Assembly: GCA_963674745.2 (NCBI GenBank)
Contig: CAXXDV010000001.1
Location: 768,001 to 832,000 of the forward strand
Source: Desulfosudaceae bacterium
GTDB taxonomy: Bacteria; Desulfobacterota; Desulfobacteria; Desulfobacterales; Desulfosudaceae
Reading direction: 5' to 3'
DNA length: 64,000 nucleotides
The notes below the pieces were generated by a model that was not told where the DNA came from, searched no databases, and saw only the letters and a program-made list of their open reading frames with translations. Shown in pieces: positions 10,366 through 19,358 of this stretch (position 1 is the first letter of the stretch; every line of letters begins with the position of its first letter). Position numbers and translations under genes: made by a program.

Positions 10366-11043
10366 ATGCGATTATTACTGGTCGAAGATGATACCAAAAT
10401 AGCCGATTTTGTCTGCCAGGGCCTGAAGGAAGCCGGTTTCGCGGTTGATCACATGACCAATGGCGAAGACGGTCTGCACATGGCCCTGAACGAATCTTAT
10501 GACGCGGCGGTGATTGACCTGATGCTGCCCAAAGTGGACGGCCTGACCCTGATCGAAACCATGCGGGGCCGGGGCATCAATACACCGGTCCTGATACTAA
10601 GTGCCAGAAGAACCGTCGACGACCGCATCCGGGGACTGCAAACCGGGAGTGACGACTACCTGACCAAACCCTTTGCTTTTTCCGAACTGCTGGCACGGGT
10701 ACAGGCCCTGATCCGACGGGCAAGCGGCGTCGCCTCGCCGACCACATTAACGGTCAATGATCTGACCCTGAACATCCAGACCCGTCAGGTAAGACGAGGC
10801 AAACAACGCATCGACCTCCAGCCGCTTGAGTTTTCCCTGCTGGAGTACCTGATGCGAAATGCCGGGCAGGTGGTTTCCAAAACCATGATCATGGAGCATG
10901 TCTGGGACTATAACTTCAATCCACGGACCAATGTAGTAGAAGCCCGTATCTGTCATCTGCGTGAAAAAATCGACAGCGACTTTGAAAACAAACTCATTCA
11001 TACCATACGGGGCGTGGGTTATGTCCTTTCAGAAAATCCGTAA
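10366..11043 (+). CDS. OmpR-family (CusR/CzcR-like) response regulator 1
   Basis: LLVEDD, IDLMLP, DDYLTKPF; winged helix VWDYNF.PRTNVVEARI...IHTIRGVGY. Confidence 0.95.
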   Translation: MRLLLVEDDTKIADFVCQGLKEAGFAVDHMTNGEDGLHMALNESYDAAVIDLMLPKVDGLTLIETMRGRGINTPVLILSARRTVDDRIRGLQTGSDDYLTKPFAFSELLARVQALIRRASGVASPTTLTVNDLTLNIQTRQVRRGKQRIDLQPLEFSLLEYLMRNAGQVVSKTMIMEHVWDYNFNPRTNVVEARICHLREKIDSDFENKLIHTIRGVGYVLSENP

Positions 11044-12424
11044 CTTCAGCCATACCCTGTCTTTCCGCCTGACCCTCTGGTACACGGGGATATTCATGAT
11101 TTCAGCGTTGCTTCTGCTGTTTTTCTTTTATCATTACCTGGCATCACTGGTTCACAATCAACTGGATGAGCAGCTCGGGGAAGAAATTTTTGAGTTTCAA
11201 TCGATTCTCGAAAACGGAGGGCTGGCAGCGGTCAGACAATATCTGGTTATCGAGGTCGAATCCGAATCTGAAGATACGTTCTTCCGCCTGGTCTCCCTGG
11301 CTGACGGGCAGGAACTTGCCATGGAAAAAAATTTTTCTTTTTCGGACACCCGACCGCTGGCAGCGTTTGTCCAGGCATCGAAAAACGATACCAATAATAT
11401 ATTCGGGAACATAACCCTTCCGGGTTATCCCAACAAGCTGCGCATCGTTTCAGGACAAATCGGCCAGGGGCTTGCACTGCAAGTCGGATCTTCTTTTATC
11501 CATGATGAGAAGATACTGAATTTGTTCAAACGGATGACACTTATGGTCACCTTCCCGTTATTAATCCTCTCTGCCGTTGCCGGCTGGTTTCTGGCCCGGA
11601 ATGCTTTAAAAGACGTGGCGGAAGTTACGCTTACCGCCGAAAAAATTACCGGTGGCGACTATAATCAACGGGTCCGCCTGAAACAGAACGCCTGGGAAAT
11701 TCAGAAACTGGCCGACACCTTCAACATTATGCTGGATCGCATACAGGCACTGATAAAAGGGATGAAGGAAGTCACCGACAATATCGCCCATGACCTGAGA
11801 AGCCCGCTGACCAGAATTCGGGGCAAGGCGGAAAGAGCGATTGTCAGTAACAGCGACCTGCCACACTACCGGGACATGGCGGCCAGCACTATCGAGGAGT
11901 GTGACAACCTCATCGACATGATCAACACCATGCTGGATATTACCGAGGCCGAAGCCGGTGTGGAACGGATTGAGCTGGAAACCGTCGCCTTGAACGATCT
12001 CATCCGGGCGGCCTGCGAACTGTTCGATCCGATCGCCAGGGATAAGGATATACGATTGACGCCTGTCTTGCCGGAAAACCAGATATATATCCATGCCGAC
12101 AAACACAAACTCCAGCGCCTGGTAACCAACATGATTGAAAACGGGATCAAATATAACCGGCCCGGCGGCTCGGTAGTTATTACGGTAGCCCCAACGAACC
12201 AGTGGATCGAAATTCAGGTTGAAGACACCGGAATCGGCATCCCCGCTCAGGATTTGGAAAAAATATTCGACCGTTTCTACCGCTGTGATACGAGCCGATC
12301 CGAACCCGGCCTGGGTCTTGGACTCAGCCTGGCCCAAGCCATTGCCAAGACATCCGGTGGGGATATTACGGTCGAAAGCACAATTAATGAAGGCAGCCGA
12401 TTTACCGTCCGGTTACCGTTGTAG
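11021..12424 (+). CDS. Sensor histidine kinase 1 (two TM, HAMP, HisKA, HATPase)
   Basis: AHDLRSPL H-box, NMIENGIKY, DTGIG, FDRFYR, GLGLGL; start placed at ATG 11021. Confidence 0.93.
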   Translation: MSFQKIRNFSHTLSFRLTLWYTGIFMISALLLLFFFYHYLASLVHNQLDEQLGEEIFEFQSILENGGLAAVRQYLVIEVESESEDTFFRLVSLADGQELAMEKNFSFSDTRPLAAFVQASKNDTNNIFGNITLPGYPNKLRIVSGQIGQGLALQVGSSFIHDEKILNLFKRMTLMVTFPLLILSAVAGWFLARNALKDVAEVTLTAEKITGGDYNQRVRLKQNAWEIQKLADTFNIMLDRIQALIKGMKEVTDNIAHDLRSPLTRIRGKAERAIVSNSDLPHYRDMAASTIEECDNLIDMINTMLDITEAEAGVERIELETVALNDLIRAACELFDPIARDKDIRLTPVLPENQIYIHADKHKLQRLVTNMIENGIKYNRPGGSVVITVAPTNQWIEIQVEDTGIGIPAQDLEKIFDRFYRCDTSRSEPGLGLGLSLAQAIAKTSGGDITVESTINEGSRFTVRLPL

Positions 12425-12559
12425 CAAGGAAAGGGGCGCCGCTTCTCGGGACAAAATTTTTCTTGTTCTCAACAGCGATGGTAACGACGGCCTAGCACAA
12501 ACTGATTGTTTCCCATTTGCCCACCGATTCAATTTCCCTCATATCCGCTTTAGTTAAAG

Positions 12560-14086
12560 CTACTTAGCCTCATCCCGAAGGATAAGCGGCAAATACACGG
12601 TAAATATGCTGCCCTGGTTTATCGTGCTTGATACGGTCACCTCTCCTTTATGTAATTTCAGTATGGCATGGACCAGACTCAGCCCCAATCCGCTGCCCGG
12701 TCTGGAGCGACTCCGGTCGCAACGATAGAAGCGGTTAAATATATTCGGCAATTCCTCCTGGGCAAGCCCCATCCCCGTGTCTTTTATCCTTATGTTCACC
12801 TTTTTATTGGACGCCCACACATCAATATCAACATTTCCCCCGAAAGGTGTATATTTCAAAGCATTATCCAGCAGGTTGGAAATAACACGTTGAAGCATCT
12901 GACAGTTGCCGGACACATGGCATTCATCCTTGATGACGGTGTTTAATCGGATCTCTCGATTTTCAGCAACTGGTTTAAAAATTTCATCGGCCCTGCGGAC
13001 CAGATCACTGATATTGACATCTGAAAAATCAACTTCCAGCGCGTTTGCCTCGGCAGCGGCGATATAGAGCATGGTATTAATGATGGTCAGCATTGTATCG
13101 CATTCTTCAATGGTACTGGCCGCCAGGGAGGTAAAGTCGTCCATGGTGGAATCAGACGTCAGGGCAATTTCCGCGGTCCCCCGAATACGCGTTATGGGGC
13201 TTTTCAAGTCATGCGCGATGTCGTTGGACATATCGCGCATTTCGGTTATCAGGATTTGAATCCGATCCATCATGCGGTTGAATTCCCTGGCCAAAAGACC
13301 GAATTCATCCTTTCGTTCGGCCGCCGACAACCTGCGGTCAATCCCGCTGCGACCGATACGCAGAATATTTTCGATCATTGTATACAATGGGTTGAGAAAC
13401 CGGCGGTTAAGAAAATATCCCAGGATCACGATCAGAAGCAACATTTCGGCAACGGATGCCGCATAGATCCCCTGCCGGATTCGTTTTATTTTCTGATCCA
13501 GAACGGCCAGAGACATTTTTATATTGATGCTGCCCCGCCTATTCCCCAAATCAATCAGCGGCGTTGTTATGCTTAAGAACCGCTGACCGTCCGGAAAGTA
13601 AAAGTCAGGATGCTCCGGGTTCAGTCGGTTTAAGTCATCATCTTCTTCATCCTCTTCGTTCCCATCCTCAATATCCTTGTCAATAAAAACGACCGGTTGA
13701 TCATTTTTAAGGGAAGCGATCAGGCTGGCATGCTCTTCCGCCGAGGTTTCTTCAATGTTATCCGGTATATTACTGGCTACAATAGCGGATTGATCGCCCT
13801 GAACGAGAATGACATTGATTTCAATATCGTTTTTTTCTCTGATAGAAACAAGGCGGTCGATAAACGCCTGAGTGCCTTTGATATCCATTTCCAGAATGGT
13901 CGGGCTTATGCTTGATTCAAGCAGGTCGGAAAGGAGCAGCCCTTCGTGTTGAAGCTCAAATACAGTTAACGATTCAATCTGTCTCAAGTAAAAGACAGCG
14001 GTAATTATGGTGGCAAGCATTGTCAGACTGATGACAAGGAGGATGATTTGAAACCGGAGAGACCGGTAAAACGAAATTTTTTTCAT
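12560..14086 (-). CDS. Sensor histidine kinase 2 with an acidic periplasmic patch
   Basis: AHDLKSPI, NLLDNALKY, DTGMG, GSGLGL; DKDIEDGNEEDEEDDD lies between the two TM helices. Confidence 0.93.
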   Translation of the reverse strand: MKKISFYRSLRFQIILLVISLTMLATIITAVFYLRQIESLTVFELQHEGLLLSDLLESSISPTILEMDIKGTQAFIDRLVSIREKNDIEINVILVQGDQSAIVASNIPDNIEETSAEEHASLIASLKNDQPVVFIDKDIEDGNEEDEEDDDLNRLNPEHPDFYFPDGQRFLSITTPLIDLGNRRGSINIKMSLAVLDQKIKRIRQGIYAASVAEMLLLIVILGYFLNRRFLNPLYTMIENILRIGRSGIDRRLSAAERKDEFGLLAREFNRMMDRIQILITEMRDMSNDIAHDLKSPITRIRGTAEIALTSDSTMDDFTSLAASTIEECDTMLTIINTMLYIAAAEANALEVDFSDVNISDLVRRADEIFKPVAENREIRLNTVIKDECHVSGNCQMLQRVISNLLDNALKYTPFGGNVDIDVWASNKKVNIRIKDTGMGLAQEELPNIFNRFYRCDRSRSRPGSGLGLSLVHAILKLHKGEVTVSSTINQGSIFTVYLPLILRDEAK

Positions 14087-14125
14087 GTTTTAAACGGAGC
14101 CTGGCAATCTAGCGCAAAAATACGT

Positions 14126-14818
14126 TTACTCTTTTACCACATAACCCACCCCCCGGAGGGTGTGAATTATTTTTTTATCAAACCCTCTGTCGATCTTGTC
14201 CCGAAGCTTGCATATTCTGGCTTCTACCACGTTTGTCCGGGGGTCGAAGTTATAATCCCAGACATGCTCTATGATCATGGTCTTCGAAACCACCCGTCCC
14301 TGGTTACGCAAAAGATATTCAAGCAGAGAAAACTCCAGGGGCTGAAGATCGATTGGCTGATTGTCCCGGGTTACTTTGCGGGACAGAAGGTCCATGTACA
14401 GGCCGGCGAATTCCAGATGCATGGGCTCGGTAACGTTGCTGGCCCGGCGGATCAACGCTTGAACACGGGCCAGCAGTTCGGAAAAAGCGAACGGCTTGGT
14501 CAGATAATCATCGCTCCCGGAATGAAGCCCTTTAACGCGATCGTCAACCGTATTTTTAGCGCTTAAAATAATAACCGGCGTGTTGACGCCTTTATTCCGC
14601 AGTTCTGCAATTATGGACAAACCGTCACGTTTCGGCAGCATAATGTCAATGATGGCTGCATCATAAGGCTCCACCAAGGCCATATGAAGCCCGTCCTCTC
14701 CGTCAGCCGCGTGATCAACCGCAAAGCCGGTTTCTCTCAACCCTTTGAGAACAAAAGAAGCGATTTTGGGGTCATCTTCTACTAGCAGCAGACGCATAGT
14801 TTCCTGAGCCTCTGTCAT
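14126..14818 (-). CDS. OmpR-family (CusR/CzcR-like) response regulator 2
   Basis: Close paralog of 10366-11043; IDIMLP, DDYLTKPF, PRTNVVEARI. Confidence 0.95.
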   Translation of the reverse strand: MTEAQETMRLLLVEDDPKIASFVLKGLRETGFAVDHAADGEDGLHMALVEPYDAAIIDIMLPKRDGLSIIAELRNKGVNTPVIILSAKNTVDDRVKGLHSGSDDYLTKPFAFSELLARVQALIRRASNVTEPMHLEFAGLYMDLLSRKVTRDNQPIDLQPLEFSLLEYLLRNQGRVVSKTMIIEHVWDYNFDPRTNVVEARICKLRDKIDRGFDKKIIHTLRGVGYVVKE

Positions 14819-14849
14819 TTATCACCTGCGATACCAGCAAAGACATAAC

Positions 14850-14871
14850 GCCCGGCAGGAAAACGCCGGGC
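14850..14871 (-). terminator. Intra-operon hairpin (possible leaky terminator or stabiliser)
   Basis: GCCCGGC...GCCGGGC between the lipoprotein and response regulator 2. Confidence 0.4.
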
Positions 14872-14914
14872 ACGATGCCATATGTATTAATCTTAGCGGA
14901 AACGAAAGAGAATA

Positions 14915-16348
14915 TCAATCAACCAGCTCGACAATTTCATCTCCGCCCACCATTTCCTCTTTTATCAGCCCGATACCGGGCGCGTAATACTTGTATTCCA
15001 GAATCGGATCAATCGAGTTCCAGTCCAATGTTTGCAGGCAGTTTTCATATACGGTTCCGTTTTCCAGTTCCACTTCGACATCAAGAGCGACGATCATGCC
15101 CATATCTTCCGCTTCCCCCTCGTAATATTCCTGGTAATAGGATTCGCCCGCTGAAGGGCTATTCCACATGGCGATACCCGGCAACGCTCCGTCAACGCCG
15201 GCTTCCCATGAACCGTCATCATTGGTTTCAACCAGTTCACCCTCATCATTATATTCATAATTAATGACTTCTTCGCCCATGTACCAGACGTTGCCATTGT
15301 CATCCTGGGCAAACCAGTCATTGGTATCTTCAATAAGAACATCACCATCCCCTTGATCAAGAGTCACCCGGTCGTGGAAAATAACGCACGCCACTCCGTT
15401 TACAACCCGGGTGGTTGCTAGGACTTCGGTGACGATAGTTTCTACCTCTTCCTCGCCTTCCATGCGGTAATTGAGGATAACACCCGGAGCCAGCGGCAGG
15501 TAGGTGTTGTCGATAATAGTGGGGTTACTGAAAACAGCCGCGTTAAAGTCCGGTGCACGGTCCTCTCCGGTAAGAAAGACGCCTTTTAATTCGGCGAATT
15601 CTTCACCATCCGTGGCCTCTTCTTTGACCAGACCGACCTCCGGGGCATAATATTTATATTCTTCAGAATCCTCTTCAAGCGGGTTCCACTCCAGGGTCTT
15701 CAGGCAGTTCGTGTATGTCGTGTCATCTTCCAGAACGACGGATCCGCCAAGCTCCTCTACCCGTGCCATGTCTTCAGCCTCGCCTTCGTAAAACTCCTGC
15801 TGATAGGAATTCCCCACCACAGGGTTAGCCTTAATCAGGATGCCGGCCACGGCATTGCTGCCAATTCCGGCCACATCCAGGCCTGATTCCCACGATCCTT
15901 CATTGTCGGTTGCGACCAGTTCACCGTCATCATCATACTCATAATTGACGACATCCTCACCCAGGTACCAGACATTTCCGTCGTCATCCTGGGCGAACCA
16001 GTCGTCCGTATCTTCGATCAGCAGTTCATCCAGATACACCCGGTCGAGAAACATCACACATTCCACTCCATCAACCATTCTGGTGGTATCAAGCACTTCG
16101 GTGACAATGGTTTCAAGGCCATCTTCGGTTTCCGACTGATAAATATGAACCGTGCCCGGATTCAACGGCAGATAAGTGTTGTCTATTCGGGTGGGATCAC
16201 TGAATAAAGCCGCACTGAAAGACGGATCAATCGAGTCTGATGAAGAATTGTTGCCGGCTTTCGAGCCTGATGATCCGCTATCACAGCCTGTTCCCAAGAT
16301 GATCGTCAAGAAAACAATCATTACCAAATAGAATTTTCCATGTTTCAT
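14915..16348 (-). CDS. Very acidic lipoprotein with two tandem repeats of about 215 aa
   Basis: Lipobox-like LGTGC (Cys22) and Ser-rich linker; repeats start at aa 42 and 266 and share IDNTYLPL.PG, LIEDT.DWFAQDD.GNVWY.GE, YQ.EFYEGEAEDM-like and EYKYYAP motifs. Confidence 0.85.
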   Translation of the reverse strand: MKHGKFYLVMIVFLTIILGTGCDSGSSGSKAGNNSSSDSIDPSFSAALFSDPTRIDNTYLPLNPGTVHIYQSETEDGLETIVTEVLDTTRMVDGVECVMFLDRVYLDELLIEDTDDWFAQDDDGNVWYLGEDVVNYEYDDDGELVATDNEGSWESGLDVAGIGSNAVAGILIKANPVVGNSYQQEFYEGEAEDMARVEELGGSVVLEDDTTYTNCLKTLEWNPLEEDSEEYKYYAPEVGLVKEEATDGEEFAELKGVFLTGEDRAPDFNAAVFSNPTIIDNTYLPLAPGVILNYRMEGEEEVETIVTEVLATTRVVNGVACVIFHDRVTLDQGDGDVLIEDTNDWFAQDDNGNVWYMGEEVINYEYNDEGELVETNDDGSWEAGVDGALPGIAMWNSPSAGESYYQEYYEGEAEDMGMIVALDVEVELENGTVYENCLQTLDWNSIDPILEYKYYAPGIGLIKEEMVGGDEIVELVD

Positions 16349-16424
16349 TTTTGCACCTTACTTTCTCTTTTTAGTTATTCGCGGCTGCTACCTTATAAAA
16401 AGGTATGCGATGATATCTAATTTT

Positions 16425-16478
16425 TTTTTACCACGAGAAAATGATGGGGAAGTTACCGCAAGATTACAAAAAGGTCAT
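16425..16478 (-). promoter_or_regulatory. Response-regulator box promoter (site B; lipoprotein-RR2-HK2 operon)
   Basis: Minus strand ATGACC-TTTT-TGTAAT, GGTAAC (+11), CATCAT (+22), 10 nt, then TG-n-TAAAAA. Confidence 0.6.
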
Positions 16479-16498
16479 TTTGGTTTCAGACCGTAAAG

Positions 16499-16552
16499 AT
16501 TATCAAATTGTAATGTCATCATAATATTCACGTCATTTTTCATTGTTACTAT
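16499..16552 (+). promoter_or_regulatory. Response-regulator box promoter (site C)
   Basis: ATTATC-AAAT-TGTAAT, CATAAT (+11), CGTCAT (+22), 10 nt, then TG-n-TACTAT. Confidence 0.65.
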
Positions 16553-16678
16553 TCTACCCGTTACATGAATTTATGTTTATTGTCCGATAGTGGGCATCCA
16601 GGCATTTGAAGTCGTTCTTCCGGCATCGGCCGAAAGAAAAAGCCCTGGTACTCAAACTTATTTACAAGCAGGAGTTTA

Positions 16679-17647
16679 ATGATGAAAATCTTCAAACCTT
16701 TATTTCTGGTCGTGTCATTTATGCTTATCACCATTTTTTCAGTTCAGGCGGCATCAGGGGATCTGAAGTTTGCCGTTATATCCGATGCCCATGTTGAAAA
16801 GCTGGACACCGCCCTGGCCTTTATTTCCGCCCAGGAGGTAAATTTTATTATCCTGGCCGGTGATTATTATTATGACCAGCAGAACTATTATCCTTATTTT
16901 ATCAAATACGGTTTTGAAGTAGCCCCTCACCTGGCCGAAGATAACCAACCGATTTACTTTGTCATGGGCAATCATGATGAGGACCCGGTGGGTGAGCCCG
17001 GGTTTCAAAACCTGATAGCGCCTTATTATCCGACAAACGGCCCTTCAGGCGCGCCAACCGGGACAATCTTTTCTTTTGACCGGGGAAAATGTCACTTTGT
17101 TATTACCAACCAGTACTGGCAATATCCGGGAGGCGGTTATTCGCCGGCGCAACTGGACTGGATCGAAAAAGACCTGGCAAATTCTTCCATGCCCTTTAAA
17201 TTCGTTGTGGGTCATGAGCCGGCTTTCCCGCTGGAAAGGCATGTCGGCGATTCCCTGGACATCGATCCGGATATGCGCGATATGTTCTGGTCGGTATTAA
17301 TGGACAATAACGTTCAGGCATTTTTTTGCGGGCATACCCATAATTTAAGCCATATGCTGCATCAGGGGGTTTACCAGATCGACGCGGGTGAAATCGACGC
17401 CGGCCATGTCTGTGTAACCATCGTGGAAATGAACGATAATAAAGCGGTCATTAACTCCTTTGAAAACCCCACCAATGAGAACCTGGTTGTGACAACTGAT
17501 GATGGTGTCAACGCGGCGGATATCTTTCACCGGACACTGGTTCCGCAAAGCACCGACGATTCAACCCTTGAAACGGTCCTTTTCGAAGGCTCATCACCGA
17601 AGGGTGGCGGTTCTTGCTTTATCGATACACTGTGCTTTCCATTTTAA
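16679..17647 (+). CDS. Secreted calcineurin-like metallophosphoesterase 1 with CFI-box-like C-terminus
   Basis: Signal peptide; SDAH, AGD, GNHD, GHEP and GHTH motifs; ends KGGGSCFIDTLCFPF. Confidence 0.88.
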   Translation: MMKIFKPLFLVVSFMLITIFSVQAASGDLKFAVISDAHVEKLDTALAFISAQEVNFIILAGDYYYDQQNYYPYFIKYGFEVAPHLAEDNQPIYFVMGNHDEDPVGEPGFQNLIAPYYPTNGPSGAPTGTIFSFDRGKCHFVITNQYWQYPGGGYSPAQLDWIEKDLANSSMPFKFVVGHEPAFPLERHVGDSLDIDPDMRDMFWSVLMDNNVQAFFCGHTHNLSHMLHQGVYQIDAGEIDAGHVCVTIVEMNDNKAVINSFENPTNENLVVTTDDGVNAADIFHRTLVPQSTDDSTLETVLFEGSSPKGGGSCFIDTLCFPF

Positions 17648-17685
17648 TTCCACGCGTTCCTGATAATATTTACCACTGATTATTA

Positions 17686-17705
17686 CCTGCGGATCTTTCC
17701 GCAGG
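17686..17705. terminator. Hairpin, possible terminator
   Basis: CCTGCGGA-TCTT-TCCGCAGG, extendable to about 17673-17715. Confidence 0.45.
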
Positions 17706-17941
17706 ATAATAGTGGCGGTTACAACCAACGCGGTTTCAGCATAAATGGATGTAACAGGTTGAGCTGCGCCGCATTACCGCGACTATTACCGGAGATATCC
17801 GTAAAGTATCCGAAACGGATTATCGGCCACAGGTGTTCTCCAGACCGCATTGATTCCAGCCTCCACCGAGGTGCGACGATTGTCCATAAACACTCGCGGA
17901 TATCATCCGGTTCAACATTTTTCTGCCTTTCCTTCAATTAT

Positions 17942-18012
17942 AAAAAAGCACCCCCGGCGGCTCATCAGAACTCACCCGGTCATGAGTTGTGGTAGCCACA
18001 CATCACCCGGGG
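17942..18012 (-). ncRNA. Candidate structured cis-regulatory RNA (riboswitch-like)
   Basis: CCCCGG/CCGGGG closing stem, two inner hairpins, GGUGAUG and CUGAUGAGCCGCC segments, followed by a U-run. Confidence 0.3.
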
Positions 18013-18027
18013 AAAAGGACTGATAAC

Positions 18028-18082
18028 ATTATCAAATGTTAAGGTTGCTATAATATCCACGTCATTTTTTAATTGTTACTAT
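18028..18082 (+). promoter_or_regulatory. Response-regulator box promoter (site D; paralog of site C)
   Basis: ATTATC-AAAT-GTTAAG, TATAAT (+11), CGTCAT (+22), 11 nt, then TG-n-TACTAT. Confidence 0.6.
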
Positions 18083-18212
18083 CTCTCCGGTTAAATGAAT
18101 TTCTGTTTATTGTCAGACAACAGGAATTCGGCCATTCGCAGCAGCGCTTCCGGCATTGGCCGGAAGGCGTTGCCTGTATTGTCAAACATCATTTACAGAC
18201 AGGAACGTTACA

Positions 18213-19175
18213 ATGAAAACCCTGAAACCATTATTTCTGATTGCGTCATTTATACTGATAACCGTTTTTTCCGCCCGGGCGACGCCAATGAACCTGAAAT
18301 TCGCGGTGATATCGGACGCACATGTTGTAACCCTGGATACCGCTCTGGAATTTATTTTGTCCCAGGATGTTGATTTTATTATCCTGGCCGGAGACTTTTA
18401 TAATGGACAGCAGGACTATTATCCGCATTTTACAAAATATGGTTTTTCAATAGATCCCCAGCTATCCGGGGATAGGCAGCCGATATACTTTGTCATGGGG
18501 AACCATGACGAAGCGCCGGAAGGTGAACCCGGTTTTCAGACCCTGATCGCGCCCTATTATCCGACAAACGGCCCGTCCGGTGCGCCGACGGGGACGATAT
18601 TTTCTTTCGACCGGGGAAAGTGTCACTTTGTCATTACCAATCAATACTGGCAATACCCGGAAGGTGGTTATACAAAGCAGCAACTGGACTGGATCGAACA
18701 AGACCTTTCCCGTTCTTCAATGCCGTTTAAATTCGTTGTAGGCCATGAACCGGCTTTTCCGCTTGAAAGACATATCGGCAATTCTCTGGATATAGATCCG
18801 GGCATGCGTGATAAGTTCTGGAAGCTATTATCGCATCATAATGTTCAGGCTTTTTTTTCCGGACATTCCCATAATTTAAGCCATATGATAAAAGACGATG
18901 TCTACCAGTTTGATGCCGGCCAAATCAGCGCGGACCATGTCTGTGTAACCATAGTAGAAGTGGATGATAAAAAAGCGGTTGTTAGCTCATTTGAAAATGC
19001 CGAAGATTACAGTCTGGTAGCGACGGCTGAAGAAGCGGGCATTGCAGCGGGTTTTTTTTACCGTACCCTCGTGCCACAAAATCCTGATAATGTCTCACTG
19101 AAAACGATTCTCTTTGAAGGCAACTCATCCAAAAACGGCGGTTTTTGTTTTATCGATACACTTTGCTTTCCATGA
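18213..19175 (+). CDS. Secreted metallophosphoesterase 2 (tandem paralog) with CFI-box-like C-terminus
   Basis: Same motifs as 16679-17647; ATG 18213 follows AGGA; ends KNGGFCFIDTLCFP. Confidence 0.88.
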   Translation: MKTLKPLFLIASFILITVFSARATPMNLKFAVISDAHVVTLDTALEFILSQDVDFIILAGDFYNGQQDYYPHFTKYGFSIDPQLSGDRQPIYFVMGNHDEAPEGEPGFQTLIAPYYPTNGPSGAPTGTIFSFDRGKCHFVITNQYWQYPEGGYTKQQLDWIEQDLSRSSMPFKFVVGHEPAFPLERHIGNSLDIDPGMRDKFWKLLSHHNVQAFFSGHSHNLSHMIKDDVYQFDAGQISADHVCVTIVEVDDKKAVVSSFENAEDYSLVATAEEAGIAAGFFYRTLVPQNPDNVSLKTILFEGNSSKNGGFCFIDTLCFP

Positions 19176-19358
19176 AGAAGGATTAAATCCCGTTTTACAA
19201 TAGATTTTGCTGCTGTTTTTTATCCCTTCTCATTCAAAACATACTCCCAAGAGCGCTCAGGACTCACGTAAAGGTCATATAATAATAGCCCGGTTGAAAA
19301 CAATTATTTTTTAGCTTATGATTTTTCTTAACCGTTGCTCGGATTGATTTAAAAATAA

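Noticed and set aside
12470..12496. Fluoride-riboswitch-like words (GCGATGG...TAACGACGGCCTA)
   Set aside because: Stems are missing and it lies between two convergent 3' ends
17719..17937. 72-aa TTG-start ORF
   Set aside because: No SD or recognisable motif; the overlapping 32-aa ATG ORF has the better SD
17942..17970. Hammerhead ribozyme (CUGAUGA on the minus strand)
   Set aside because: No GAAA core follows stem II
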